The notes below the pieces were generated by a model, which saw only the letters and a list, made by a program, of their open reading frames with translations, had not been told where the DNA came from and ran no database searches. DNA of 64,000 nt. Origin: Amphiscolops sp. MND2022. Its lineage: Eukaryota. The stretch is from the NCBI GenBank assembly GCA_964187785.1, contig OZ076409.1, forward strand, positions 40,922,001 to 40,986,000, written 5' to 3'. Of the stretch, positions 24,911 through 39,011 are shown in pieces; position 1 is the stretch's first letter, and each line of letters starts with the position of its first letter. Both the position numbers and the translations under genes were made by a program.

Positions 24911-25638
24911 TGTAACGGCAAGCTCTGGTACAGCAATATCAACCGACATGTTTGGAAATTTTGTCAAAAATTCGTTCAAATTTGACGTGGCACTCAAACA
25001 TGCGCAAGACGAAGTACCTGCCAGAAAAAGCACCCCAGAAAAGCAGAAATCGCCGCTCGCGACGAACAGGCACCGGAGACGACAAAAAGACGTCCCCAAC
25101 GCATACAGAACACGGTATTGTGTCTATCTCTAGGAGATATCCATTACTACAGTAAAGGAAACCAGTGTTCCAGATGTTCGCCTGAGTATCCCTGCGGTAT
25201 CCTGTGTGGCAACTAGCGCTAGCGCTGGGAAGCTGAGGTCAATTTTCATCAAATGACTCTGAACTCTTGATCTCTTGTTGTATTTTTCGATGTGGTAAAT
25301 TAATATGCTCGAGAGCTGTTGTTTAACATCTGTTTGTCCAATTTGGCGATTTTATCAGATTTTCCAATATTACGGTTCAACCTTCATCGATTTTCAGCCC
25401 GATTTTTAAAGGCTAGTTGAGCAGTGGTCTTGAGTCTTGCAAGATGCCTGTTACTTTTAGCAGTTACAGACTAGGACCAGGCCAGAGAGTATCCTACAAG
25501 ACGGTTCGCCCACCTTGGGACTGGCTCCTTCGGAGGGAAAATGAGCTAGAGCCGCGGAGATCTAGGTCCCAGATTATATTCGCTGTTCTAGTTCCTCCAC
25601 TCTACGTTGCGGTTCAAGCGCCAGCGCTTATCGTTACA
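24911..25638 (+). repeat. 3' LTR (728 bp), subfamily A
   Basis: Near-identical to 6868-7595. Confidence 0.97.
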
Positions 25639-25735
25639 TTTGATGTGAGTAGGTCTTGTTATATGATGTCTTTGAATTCGCAGTTTTGATCGAGGGATGC
25701 CAATTTTCGCCAGTGTTCTAGCGGCGTTTCGTTTT

Positions 25736-26147
25736 TTTTTACCCAGAAGAATTATCGACGACTGTGCAACGTTTTTCATTTTGGCATGTAGTAGCCTTTG
25801 AATTGTTGTTATTTGCCGCTCACATAAATGGGGGAGGAAAATCATGATCTGTGATGCGTTTTTTTTTACAAATTCTGCCAAAACTCCACTTTATCTCCAC
25901 TCCATGGAGTGAAGTGCACGTCCCTTAGTTACTTGACTATTTTTAGTAATTTAAGTTCACTAGCGATAATTACAACTGAGTTACATCAATTTTGATGGCT
26001 CAGTCAGGTTGTATGTCCTGGGTTCGAACCCGTGCTGGTTCTTGAATTTTTTGTTTCCCAGTCAGTAGGTTCGACCCTCTCCTTCCTCATACTTTTTTGC
26101 AAAAAGCGTGTCGCGGAAAATATCCCGGTGCTTAGCAGGCGTCTTGT
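25736..26147 (-). repeat. Dispersed non-autonomous repeat (HINE-like or tRNA-derived), copy 1
   Basis: Terminal (a)caagacgcc..ctaagcacc, internal aaaatcatgatctgtgatgc and GGTTCGA B-box-like motifs. Related copies at ~29280-29650 and ~31340-31752. Interrupts the old gag. Confidence 0.65.
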
Positions 26148-26510
26148 ATTAATCTTTTCGTGTTAATGGTGTCGGCATCTGTGTTAAAATCTCCTTTGGT
26201 GATGATTTCGGTTCCTGATGGTCCGGCTCCCCAAATGAAATTTTGTCTTGTTTCTGGTTCTTTCTTTGTCCATCTGGTGCTTGTTGGTTTTGCTTCCCGT
26301 GGATAAAGCCAGGTTTTATATCGATGTCGTAGATTCGTTTGATGTAGTGTCGTAGTCTTTCGGTCCATTCTTTTGAAGTGTATAGGTTTTTGCCGTCAAG
26401 TCCGGTGTTGAGGTGGGTAGTTGTATGCCGTTTGTGGTGGTTGTCTTTGTTTCTTCTTTGGTTAAAAATGGGTACATTTACACGGGTAAAAATAAATCTT
26501 GCTTTCTGTG
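26148..26510 (-). pseudogene. N-terminal gag remnant of the old Gypsy
   Basis: WTERLRHYIKRIYDIDIKP and NFIWGAGPS fragments downstream of the PBS. Continues as NETPLEHWRKL at 25639-25735 and at the left of 6868. Confidence 0.7.
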
Positions 26511-26513
26511 CCA

Positions 26514-26752
26514 TGTTGTAATTGAACACTTCACGGTTAAAACAGATCTATGGTTTAAAACTTAACTATACTGTCTTCTATCAGTCGTTACATAACAGTT
26601 CAATCGTAACAAAAGGTATCAAATCTAATAGCATCTAATTAACATAGATTGATAGCCAATTAGAGTTTGTTGGCCAACAGGCCAATGTCTTCTTGGCAGT
26701 ATCCGTATATTATTTTATTCGTTTGAAAGTCAGGTTTTCTGCGTATGCCACA
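26514..26752 (-). repeat. 5' LTR of the old Gypsy element
   Basis: Homologous to 1453-1708, adjacent TGGCACAG PBS on the minus strand, followed by CCGG. Confidence 0.85.
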
Positions 26753-29279
26753 CCGGGAACGTCCGAGAACAGTGAACTGGGAACCGGGAAATATTTGAAT
26801 TGAAGAAAGTTTTAGGGTTATAGGGTGGTACGTAAATTTTCAAAACCAAAACTCTTTGCCTGTTTTTATCCTGGCAAGACTAACACCGCTGTTATTTACC
26901 GATGCTAGACACTAATATAAGAAAGACAATATTCATCGAACTAATTTTGAGGTTTTTTGATATTGATTTTGACATTGAGTTTCAGGAAGTTTTATGAGGT
27001 TTCAGGAGTTTTCAGTGAGGAATTTTTTATTCAGTTTTCTGCCGATAATTTGTTACATCGAATACTGTTACCGTAGAAGCTGAATGCATTTAGTCAAGTG
27101 TAGTTACTGTTGTCTTGGGGTTAGGTTTCGTGGGGTTTAAACTTTTAATACCAATGTTCCATCTCGAAAAGCGCCCAAAGACTAATATGAAGCACACAAA
27201 ATTGGAAATATCTAGCAACTACTTGGGCAATTAATTTTAAGTGTGTTACTCTTTTTCAGTGTGCAAGAGAGTTACTTCAGAATTATTCGGTGACTTCATG
27301 TCTTTCATTGATTTTTTTGCTGAAATTCTCCGAGAACTTTCAATTTTTCAATATCAATTGATTTCAATGAAGTCATTTAATCTCGATGATGGATCTGAGT
27401 CTTAGTGGATTACTCAAGCTCTAAGTACCCTGCATAACCTATCATCATTCCATCATATTGACGAGTCATGCTCCGTTTCAAACAATAAGCATTGATGTTT
27501 TCGAAGTATAGATATATTTTTTGCAAAATGCATGAACCTTTTTTCCCACAAACCCCTGCGAAGCTGAATATTTTGTGAACAAATTATTCAGCGCCATTTC
27601 CTTCCCCCAAGACAAACCAATGAAATAACACAAAGAAAATCAAGCAAGATGTTGGTTGAACATTGTGGGTTTGTCATGTCGTTTTTTATAGGATGTTTAC
27701 TAAAACTGCAAGGTATTTCATGTTGCGGTGGTCTCGAATGGAGCAGACGGGAGTTTCAATTGGTCAGTATTTGAATTCCTTGCTTTTTTCTCTCTAGAAG
27801 GCAGCGGTCGATACCTCTTTTCCGCCGCGTCGCCAATTTGCGTCAATTGGTACAATGTTGTGAATTATTGTCTTTCAGCAGTTGTTTGTTTCCTCCATTC
27901 TTATACTACTGCTTAATGCGTTGGTGCTCTATTTATGGGATCATTGTAGCGAACCAATGTGAATGCCTTGGTAATGTGATAGTATACCATGCCGTACATT
28001 ATACGATAGTACTTCCGAATGTACCATGGTAATGAAGCAAAAGCAGTTTAAACAAAAATTACAAGACCTTTTTATGAAGAACCCAATCAGGTGAAAAACA
28101 GGCGACCATTAAGCAACCGCGGGTCCATTCAGTCCCACAAAATATCTCTTCTTGTTTCCTTTGTTTTATCTTCTGTGGTCATCAAAAAAGGAAAAAAATT
28201 AGCTGATTGTAGAAACAAGAGTTAATCAAAGCGATTCACAAATAGCTAGGCGCCAGTTATTTACAACTCGCCATAATTTCTGCTCGGAGTTTCTTCACTT
28301 TGGTTGTTTTCCTCAATGTTGTTTCTTATTTAACTTTTTTGCACTTTATTGAACCACGGAGTATGAGCTGCTGCGAGAACAATGGAACTGATGAAAATTT
28401 GGAAGTTAGTAGGATTGTTTTTCTTCTTTGTTCTGATTCACTTTTACTCAGAACAGAATTTCCCAATGATAGAGTACATTTCAGTGAAATGTGAAACATA
28501 TCAGTAAAAGAAAAATCTATACCTTTGAACTTCGTTCACGTTGAAAGAAATCCATTCAATGAAGCCCACCCTGAAATTTGATATAGAAAGGCGTATCAAA
28601 AGAGAATGCAACGCAGTCTCTTCCACACTCGCTACCTTGTTATACAAACAAAAATTTGTCTTTTTCTTACCGCTACATCCTTTGCAACACAATTTTTGTA
28701 GGTTTTTAAAAATATATTTGAACTCACAACTAGACGTTTTCAACAAGTACCTTGTTTATAGTCTGTTTTCAATTTGAAAGTGAAATCTGTTGAGAAAAGC
28801 ATTTCCATTCATTGTAAACTAGTATCTTAACCTGCATCGGAAATTAGCTTGGCCCGGTGTCAAATGTTTAGATTTAAAGAAAACGGAACGAAGGCAAGGA
28901 GGAATTAGTTACATTCATATCTGTAATTCTAGTCAGAGGAATATAAGTGCATCATTGAGCGTAGGAGAATCCATGAAAACTTGATTTTTGCGCTGATAAA
29001 ACCCTCGAGAACTTTTATGCTTCTGAAAAGAAACAATGATAATTGTTTTAAAACAAAAGGCGCAGCGGCACTGTGGTATTTTTTAAGTACTCTTGTAAGA
29101 TTCCTCCCTTTAGAAAAGAATTGGACACCTTTTAGACTGATGGTTTGGCAAAGAAATTAACGCAAAATTTTAACTGAAATAAAAGCTTCCACACATCTCA
29201 AAACCAAAGTACTTCATTCAAGACTTTGTTGAAGGTAGCGAAAAATCTTGGCAGCAAAGAAAAAAACTAAAAATCAACG

Positions 29280-29650
29280 ACAAGACGCCTCTAAGCACCG
29301 GGATATTTTCCGTGACACACTTATTGCAAAAATGCAAAAAAAAGTATGGCGAAGGAGAGGTTCGAACTCACGACCTACTGTCTGGGAAACAAAAAAAAAC
29401 AAGCACCAGCCCGGGGTCGAACCCAGGACCACCTACAACCTGACTGAGCCACCACAATTGAAGTAACTCAGTTATAACTATCGCTTGTAAACTAATAAAA
29501 TAGTCAAGTAACTAAAGAATAGTCAAGTAACTAAGTGACCTTCACTTCACTCCGTGGAATTTTGGCAGAATTTGTAAAAAAAAATTTGATCTGCATCACA
29601 GATCATGATTTTCCTCACCTATTTATGTGGGCGGAAAATAACAACTGATT
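29280..29650 (+). repeat. Dispersed non-autonomous repeat, copy 2
   Basis: Reverse complement of 25736-26147 (caagacgcctctaagcaccgggatattttcc...). Confidence 0.7.
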
Positions 29651-29699
29651 TTACAAAAAGTAAAGATCGAAAACAGTGCGAAAACAACATCGAAGATAT

Positions 29700-32340
29700 A
29701 CTTTCGATACCTTCCGAACTTTCCGAATTTCAAATGGGAAGAAAAATATCAAAGTTGGTTTTATTCAAAACCTCTCACAGCAACAAAATAACAGTGCTCT
29801 TTCCGAACTCTGTTCATACTGATCGCTTCAAATTACGCTGTTGAGGTTAGGTAGATTAAGCCGGGAACTAAGTGAAGTGGATGGCGATCGTGGCGATTTG
29901 GCAGATTTTGATGAAAAGCGTTGCATAGATTATGATTTTTCTCACCCACTATATGTGATTGGAAAATAATACATGGGAAACGTATTCGTGAAGCAGTCTC
30001 TGAATTTGAACAGGAACCATACAGCAGGACGTGACAAAAATGTGACACATGTCAATGGTCCGGTATTTCTTCCAGTTCAGATTGTGTGGTGGGTCTTTCC
30101 ATGTTCCAAAGTGGATCCTTCGACCACTGGACCAACCTCCGTGTTTGTGGTTGGTATCCTGCGGGTCGGTACTCTTATTCCGATTAATGTTGTCTTCTCG
30201 TATTGTTTTTAATCTGGAAGTTCTCGGTTGCTTGTTGAAGTGGAATTTGTGTTCGTGAGAGAACTTCCACACTTCCGCCTTTCTCTTGATAACGGGTAGA
30301 CTCAGGTTTTACTCTATCCCTCCGAGCCGTTGGTCCGTACGGAAGCTAACGCAACCATGATGGGCTTGAGGTGTTGTACACTTTGAAGTTATTGATTCTT
30401 CGTCGTATGCGTCATCGGCTTGCGCTGGTTCGGACGGATTTCTACTGAGATAATCCGTGAGTGCTTGGTGTTTATAGGCTATAAGACTGACGTTAATTTA
30501 TACGTGTGGTAAGCGGTCCAGACATCGTATTAGCCGTGAACTCTTGTTTTATTGGATCTGTTTCGTTTAACTAGAGGCTCTAGTGAGTGATGATTTGTAA
30601 ACAACTTCTCACCGGTTTTTCGCGTATGTGTAAACAAGAATGCTCTAATACGCATAATACAGCTAACAGCCATTAGTTCATGTTCAATATTTGCGTCTTT
30701 GTTCTCCATATTTGAAAGCAAATGGTTTGCAAAGCCGATCGGTATATAATATCCAACAAGTTTTCTTGCCAGAGCATTGGCAATATTTTTTCGTGCTTTC
30801 GTCCGTTGTTATAACGTTCGGAATATTCGATTTTTAGTCGACAAAATTTTTAGTTTATTTCAGATATTCTAAAGCGGGGTGTGTTTGTCGGTTTTATTCC
30901 ATTCGTTTTTTTCAACAAATGTCTCAACCTGTCCGTCTGGGCTGAAAGTTTCAATATAAGTTTGGATAAGTATTTAATTGCTTCCGTGATAGTTCTCGGT
31001 TCTATTTCATTCGTTCCTTTTTGATTTTTTTTCAGCTTTTTTAACGTGAGATTTGACTCTGGTCTTAGTTTTCTGGGTTTGGACTATTTCTTTCTAAAGT
31101 AAGTTTGGGATATCGAAGAGCCCGTACAATCCTATCACAAATTGGTAGTACCCACTGCCACTACCTCGTCTAACTGCGAAGACACACATGTGAACAGCTT
31201 TTCCAAATGAAAGTACAATTTTTATGCCGTTTACTGTGTGGTTTTTTTTTCACCAAACAATATCATCGATTTCAGCATCGGTGTGTTTGGGGCTTCATTG
31301 ATGTGGCTTCATCGCGGGACTTTTTTACCGCTATACAGAGTTGTTCGCTTATCTTTTATCTACTTCCGACCAAAGTGCGAATTTGTATTGTTGTTATTTT
31401 CCGATCGCAATTTTTATAAATAGGGGAGAAAAATCATGATCTGTGACGCGTTTTTTTCCAAATTTTGTCAAATTTCCACAATCTCCACGTTTTGATTACT
31501 TGACTATTTTGTATAGCTACTAGTAATTAAAATAGTCAAGTAACTAAAACAGCTTACATCGGGAATAATATCTAAAGTCAAAAATGGGAATAAGATCAGG
31601 TCGGGAATAAGATCTAAAAGGAATTAGATCTGAAATCAATAAGTTTTAGATCTTTTTCTGTAGATTCTTTTTCCCCTTCTCAAATAGCTATGGCTCAGTT
31701 GGTGAAGGCGAACAGGGCGGAAATAATCCTGGTGCTTAGCGGCCGTCTTGTTTTTAAGTAAAACCTCTAGTTGCTTTTACTTTTCACCTTTTCTATATTA
31801 TATTTTGATTTTTCTTCTATTTTCAAGTGGCTCTTATTCATGTGCTGATAATTTACTGTCAATCGTGTTTTCGAAGTTGAGTTGTTGAGAACTGATATCG
31901 GTATTATATTGACCGGTGAGCTGCTGCCAATATTTAAATTCATTGGTCGGTTGCTAACCAATGCGATATTGGTGTAAAACGGTGGTCCTTTTCTACAATC
32001 CGTTCGTTCGATTCTTTGTTGAAATGAAACTTTGTTGAATCTACGTGGCAGATTCTTTCCTTTCCGCTGTTTCGAAGGAGAAGTTCAATTTCTGATACAT
32101 GTATTCGTGTATTGCCTCTGTTATAGCTTCTACTGACACAAGTTTTTCTGAGTTTCTTGTTTAGCTCGTAGACGCCTGTTGATTTTTCAAACAAGGAAAA
32201 GAATTTGGAGGCGAGCAGGTTTACTGCCATTATTGTTTCGAGTTCTTTTGACGTCTAGGATGCATTTCCATACAACTGCGTAGGACTCATCTGTTTTTCC
32301 TCTTCTCATGTCTGTGTTGTGCATATCTTTCCGTTGTGAA
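29700..32340 (-). pseudogene. Heavily decayed Gypsy pol fragment
   Basis: RNase H-like IEHELMAV and FTNHHSLEPLVKRNRSNKT, plus degenerate RT/protease-like sequence. Boundaries approximate. Confidence 0.65.
31340..31752 (-). repeat. Dispersed non-autonomous repeat, copy 3, with internal gggaataagatc tandem units
   Basis: aaatcatgatctgtgacgcg and the terminal ggtgcttagcggccgtcttg are shared with the other copies. Confidence 0.65.
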
Positions 32341-35300
32341 GTGTTATGTGAATAGCGTGCACATATTGTACAGAAGCGAGGAGCTCGGTTCTTTTTCGGA
32401 CCTTTTTTTATGTCCTACAGTTTAGCTAGCTGAAAATGATTATTAAAGTGAAGGGGTACACTTTGATCAATCGAAAATTTCATCAAAAAAAGTGTCGAGC
32501 AGTGCTGAAGAAATCCATAGGTCTTTTCCTCAATAATTGATATACGTCATCAGTTCTACTGGATCAAAACCGATGAGGTCACTCTCAAGACTCGGAAAAA
32601 ATTGCGAGAAACTTTTCTTTCGAAAACAATTGATTTTTTTCAAGTTTTAAAATTTGTCGGTGAGTCACAAAGTACCGATAGAAATTTTTGAAAAGTGGCT
32701 CCCTATGCTCACAAGGCGCTTTGTTTCTGTTAAAAAACGAGGGAAGGGGTTTTGGTTGAAAATAATTCAGAGAAAAGTTGCATAAATCCAAAAAAACTAA
32801 AGGGGTGACAACCTCTACTTCTTTTCCCGTAGAAGTTATGCTGTGTTGAAGAAATTGAAGGATGAACCTTTTGATTCCAGGTAGATCTCTAGTTCAGAAC
32901 ACATTCGGGACCTTTTGATCGCATTTGATGCTCTTTGGAATTTTTTTCGAAAGAAAATAGATTTTGGTGAAAAACCAGAACAGTGAATAAAAAACGACAA
33001 AGAGGATCAATTTTAGTCAGTCTGTATTTCAAATAGCCCTGACTAAAAATTAAATAGAGCTCCAACGTGGTTATGATTCATTGTTTTCATAGTAAAGACC
33101 TTAAAAATCGTCAAATGCATTGTCACGCGAGCTGAACTGATATAAATGGAATTAAGTGGCGTATTTGTTCCCATTCCAAGAAAAATAAACTCCAGTCATT
33201 TTATAGAAATCAAACGAGCGTCATATCGTGCGTGCAATCCAACAAATGGTGGTTATTCAGATTGAGTACTAGAAAATCTATTGCGTGAATACAAAATGAT
33301 TGAGCCAGTGAGGAAATAATGAACATTTTCAGTCGAGATTGAAATAAAGGACGCTCGAGTATTATATTCCAGTTTTTTCCAAGTAGGCTCTGAGACATAA
33401 ACATTTTCCCAGCAGATTCAATAAGGGCACAAATAAACATTTGAACGTAATTGCATCTACGACTTCAGAATATGCTACAATGTTTTTTGAGCATTGTTTC
33501 TTTTGCTACAACTGTACCCAGGTAGCGTTGATCCACGAAAATTGAGAAACAAAATTGTTGGCTAGTGAAAATAATCAATTTCTAAAATGTAATTGATTGT
33601 TTTGCTTTTTTTCGAATTCGATCACGAATAGTAACAGCCTGCGCAGTGAGAAACTGTCATATTCAATTGGATGATCTTGATACGAGATAGCGAAACACTT
33701 TCATACAGTGGGCTGTCGAAATGATTGCAATAAGTTCAACGTTTTGACAAGAGAGCGGAATTTGGTAGTGAAAAAGTTGAAAACTTTCTCTTTCTGATTG
33801 TATTACTCTGTTCAATGATAACCACCTTTCGCAAGACCAATTCTTACCTCTAGTTGGAACTTTAGAATCTAGATACTTCAGCAGAAAACTGAAGAAACCC
33901 ATAGAAGATCGATAAAGGTCCGTAAATCAATGGCAATATTTGAGATCGAATATGTTTATCCACTGTAATCTAAAGCTAGCGCGCACTTACTAGAGCCGGA
34001 ATAATGCCTAGGTTGCCTTGAAAGGAAACCATGGTCTTACTACAACGCTAGACATCAGTTTTTGTCCCAAAAACGGTCCTCTAGGGGGACTTTCCAAGCG
34101 TCAAGGAGGCTCCTCAAGTATAGCTCCGTGGCGACGTACCGGCACACTGAAAGTCCGGATGCCTCCCACAAGCAAAAACTATGACTAAGGTTCCTGCGAG
34201 TTCCTACATACTTCCGTGCTCCGAAAAGAGTATTTAGCTAAAAAACATTCTATTAATGCTAAATGATGGAATTAAGGGATTGAACAGATCGAGCACATCT
34301 GCTGATCGTACATCTGCAAATTAACATTGAGAACTCACGAATTCAACCAGTATAAACATCTGCAGCTATGTCAATAATTTTTCGGTGTGCGAAACAGTCC
34401 ATGGGTAGGTTGCACTTTCCTTCCGGGCTCCAATGGTGTCCACATATCTGTCAAACTCTCGGACGGTAGGTTTTTTGTTCTCCCGGTCGGGTGTGTCTGC
34501 CTGCCTTTCTTTTTTTCGTCGTGCAACGTCTTGTAACGACCGGCTAGCGACGCACATCTAGGAAACAGGACAATGCCTAGGATGCTTAAACAGGAGACCG
34601 TTGTCTTACTACATACCTAGACTCTAGTTTTTGATCCCAAAATGGTCTCCAAGGGGGACTTTTCTATCGTCTAAGGAGGCTTCTCTAGTTAGAGCTCCGA
34701 AGCGACGCGCCGGCACTCTCAAAGTCCGGACACGCCCCACAAGCCTGTAAAAACGTATCCTAAGGTTTCTAGCACGTTCCTACGACTTCCTACATGCTTC
34801 CGAGGTCCAAAAAAGTGTCTAGCTGAGATACATTGTATTTGGTGAATAAGTTCTAAAATTGAGACCTAGTAGGTCCAACATCACCCAAATACTCAATAAA
34901 TGACAAAATACGGGGATAAGCCCCAGTAACATTACAGTTTAGGGTTGGTCATCAGTTTGGCCTCTGGCATCTTTCCTCATCTTCGGGGCACAATGGTCTC
35001 ATTTGGCACTTTTCTGCGAAACCCTGTCTTTTTGCTGTCAGATGGCACAATTCCTGATTCTCTCGCCTTCTGGGTGACGACATCTCGGACATTCTCGTTC
35101 CTGGGTGGGGTTGGGTCCTTTTTGCACTCTTTCGTCCTCTTTTTCAATTTCCAGTACCTGTCAGGTCGCCCATCTTGTGCATTTTTCGATATAGCACACT
35201 TTGACATCTTGAACGAAATTTTCAAAGTTCGTTCTGTTCGCCGACTGCCGGACGTTACATCCTCCCCGGGCCGTAGTTTGTCGTCCTCGACAAACGAGAG

Positions 35301-37959
35301 AGGACGTTCACATCTTGGTTGCTACCATCCAGTGATCCAGTGATACTGTTGCAACATGGTACTACAGGAATCTAAATGGAAGTCGTTGCCCAAAAACACG
35401 TTATTGCCCAAAAACATGAGTTTTTGCCAGCCTAGCAGGCTTCCTTGGATTCCACACCAACAACGGGTTCTTGCACTGGAAAAATATTAGCAACTTTAGA
35501 CACTTAGCCTTATATTCAAAACAATTTCAAACTTCTAATTTCGCACCAAAATTTCAAAATTCTTAGCACCTTATTGCATCTGCATAAAAAGCACTCATCA
35601 CAACAGGTTTGGCACTAGCCAGGGGCCCACCTGATAAGTTAGGTTTTATAAAATGCACGATAGCACTTGAAAAGCAAAAAATAAAAGTAACAGCTGTGGT
35701 CTTGCAGAGTTCATGGCCAACAGAAACTGCACAATAACTAGCACCAATGGTGAAACAGGCCTCAAAAAAGCAAAAATATCACCAAAAGTGAGGATCCATT
35801 CAGTCTATTGTGTTAGCAGTGTACGCTCAGATATAAGTACTGTCTAGGTAGTACAAGCACCAGTGTATATGCAAGAGATGGAAATAAACTGCTTTTCAAA
35901 AGGATGACATTGTCGCTAGCGATGACAGAGCAGAACCAATAAAAGTCAAAAATCAGGCATGATAGATCATGAAAACAGTCTTCGGCATTAAAAACAAGTT
36001 CCAGAGCAATTATTCGAGTTCTAAAAGCACGGCCGCAGGCCAAGCAGTTCTCAGAGCTTCGAAGCTCTAGATGTTTCATCATGCTTGGTGTTAATTTCTC
36101 TCGGGAGAGTACGGGTACTCCCCGGGCCAATCTCTGGTCCGGTGTTTTCACATCGACATGGTTCACGCAACTGTGGTACCGAGCACCAAGGTACACCTTA
36201 GGCATGAATCGAGCAACGAACACTGATTTTTTGAGAAGCTTGCTTGGCTACAGATGTTAGATTGTCTGAAAAGTCCATTTGTCACTCATGCTGCCCTGTG
36301 TTTCTGGAGGGCACAAGTAATAACAAAAATGTGATTAGAGACTATGGGTAGACTTTGGGGGTGAGTAGGAGGAGAGACACTGAGTTTGAAGTGGTTTCTT
36401 CCCTTACGATCGTAGTACGATCAGAAAAAGCGTTCTTTTTCAACTATGGTGGTCACTATGTACTTGTTGTTCTGTTTTGAGACGCACTGCGTTCAAAGTG
36501 TAAACCTCTAAAAGTGCCTATAAACGTGCTCCAGCACCCACTGGGTACAAAAAGCATCGCGCATGCATGTTCGCAATGGATAGATTGCACTTGGGTGACT
36601 TTGATAGCAGTCAGGAGGCGAATTTCCATTTTCGGTTTTTCACCTCTATGTCTCGTAGACCGGTTTTCTCAGAGACTCGTGATCTTAGGGTCAGCTTAGC
36701 ACTAATCAAAGTGATTCAACAAGACGCCCTGAGGGCGCCGGGTATGCTAATGGGGTCGCCTTGGCCCTCACTGACACGTACATTGACAAAAACTTTGTGA
36801 CTTTTTGGAAAAATGCCCAAAATCAACAATTTTTTCGTCAACGTGCACCTCCGGGGAAGGTGAAAATCACTTGTAGCGCTGCTAGCGACCTGAAAATTTC
36901 ACACCGTTTAATACACTGGCTGAATCGTGGGGAATAAACCTCCGATTGCGTCAAAATTGACCCTGTGGGTGTCACGGCCACTTAACAATGTTCACTGAAA
37001 ATTTGACTATGTCGTGAAATTGACAAAAAGAGGTCAAACTCGTCTTCTAGGCGTCCCAGCTACCTGAAATTTTGCATGCGAGCGTAACTTTTGCCCACGT
37101 AATAGGCAAAGACGGCGGCGAGGTGCCTGGATTAACATCCGGCGATCCGAGGTGACAAAACCTTGATGTACCAGAGGTACCACTTTTTCGGGTCAAAATT
37201 CACAAAAATGTCAATTTCTCAGCTTGGGCTAGAAGCCGGCTGCTCAAATTGCACAAATCGTCGGGATCTAGTGCTGTGCGTACGAAAATGCAAGAATTTT
37301 AGTGAGGGGGTTACCTGCGAGGTATTGCACTATGCTCAACTAAAATACCATTTTTTCGACATTTTCACAAGATTTTTGAGCAAAACTGCGGCTAAGATTT
37401 TTCCACGAGTACTAATGGTAGCGCCACCAAAATTACGCTACTAGCATAACCTTTTGCGCTCAACACGATGGTGCAATCTGTTTTTGGCTGCTCGTTTTAG
37501 GAGAGATTTCGACCTGTGCTGGAAGCACTACCACTGAGTTCCCAAAATGTCGCAAAATAATGCGTTTTCGTCTATTTCTCGGCAAACAGTGGTTGGAATC
37601 ACTCGCGGTTTTCTGCGTTTGCAACTTTATGCTAGGTAATGAAAGAAAATAGGCAAGCGAAACCTGGCAGGTTCCAAATAAGGTCTCTCAAAAACTTTTT
37701 CATGTTACACCTTTTACATTCTGGGAACAATGTGAAAAGTGAAAAATACGTATTTTCCCTAGCAACTTTTTATTTCTCGGTTCCCAGAAGTTCGGGATTG
37801 TTCTAAACGTAACCTAAAAAAATTTAATAACTTTTTTCACGGGACTGGAGTTGTTTCAATTATTAGTTTTGATGTTATAACTCTCAGGTCTATGGGGTCC
37901 TCTACTCAGGTCTATGTATAACAATAAAAAGTCAAGGGTTAAACTATAAATTTCTATTG

Positions 37960-38610
37960 CGGAAGGGTAAAAAACGTCTTGGCAGTAGTTTTTCGTACCA
38001 CCAAGCTCGGGAACAATGTTTTTGGGCAGCTCTGAAAGCTTTGGAACAAACGCTCAAGGCTTCGCCCTCACCACATTTGGTCTGTTAGGTCAATTTTGGG
38101 TCTTCACAAACAAAAATAGCTAAATTTTTCGATGTTTCAACAATTTAGCCAAACAAGTTTTTCTGTTCCCAACCTAACAGGTCTAATGGAACGTTTTTAT
38201 TGTATTTCCATTGGCCGTACTATCTTCTGAAAAATTTTGACTTTTGTAACTAATAATGACTGATAGGCGGCTATTGTATGAAAATCAATATTGGCTGGTA
38301 ACTTATTCAATATCTCGTTAGAGGGCCTCAAAAACTGCTTGACGATAACGTTTTCTGATATCAGACTCGGGAAAAAGAGTTTTAGGTGGCTCGCAACGCT
38401 CTGAGAAAAACGAACAGGGCTTCGCCATCACCATTTTTCGTCTCAAAGTCCAAAGTTGACACTTTCAAACAGAAATCGCTAAAGTCTTCGGTGTTTTTCA
38501 CAATTTAGCAAAAACAAATTTTTCTGTTCCTGACTTGATAGGTCTAATGGAACGTTTTTATTGTATTCCCATTGGCCGTACAATCTTCTGAAAAATTTCG
38601 ACTTTTAAAA
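37960..38610. repeat. Internal direct duplication (~361-bp period)
   Basis: ggtctaatggaacgtttttattgtatt.ccattggccgtac at ~38180 and ~38541, with similarity extending into the flanks. Confidence 0.8.
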
Positions 38611-38969
38611 GTAACCAAATCGATATTTGAGCTATTAGGGTGTTATGGCTAGCTCGCTATATATTTTCAGAAAACAATCGGAATACCCAGTGGGTATTTT
38701 TCTCAGTTCTTACTAATGGGAGTACGCCTGGGAATAGGCTTTTAAAGCCATAAAAACAAAAAGGGAGATTGTAACCCAGTCGATTCGTAGTGATCCACCA
38801 GTGGGTCAAGAGGGTGTTGCCGTGATGGACGTCACTCCGTCGTCACAGCTAGTGGAGGCGCTCACACCACGTCCCTGCAGTCCCAATACATTACAACTAA
38901 GCTGAAATGAGACTAGAAAACCCTTTAAAACAGAATCCGGTTAAGCCGGATGGTTAATCTCGGTACAGA

Positions 38970-39011
38970 GAAACGGTGTCGAAACGGTGTCGAAACGGTG
39001 TCGAAACGGTA
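38970..39011. repeat. 11-bp tandem repeat (gaaacggtgtc) x~3.7
   Basis: Read directly from the sequence. Confidence 0.9.

Larger units (their letters stand above)
6868..25638 (+). mobile_element. Giant (18,771 bp) full-length Ty3/Gypsy LTR retrotransposon with accessory ORFs
   Basis: Two 728-bp LTRs with about 7 differences by eye, PBS, PPT-like tract, domain order gag-PR-RT-RH-IN (Gypsy), TTT on both flanks. Confidence 0.97.
1453..26752 (-). mobile_element. Old, decayed Ty3/Gypsy LTR retrotransposon that hosts nested insertions
   Basis: Diverged direct repeats 1453-1708 and 26514-26752 (TG...CA) flanked by CCGG on both sides (4-bp TSD). Minus-strand PPT (GGAGGGGGTA) next to 1708 and TGG-initiated PBS abutting 26514. 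Gag and pol remnants lie between. Confidence 0.85.

Noticed and set aside
27300..28800. Possible host exons (e.g. an AG...GT-bounded segment at ~28523-28570 on the minus strand)
   Set aside because: No recognisable protein similarity or coherent exon chain.
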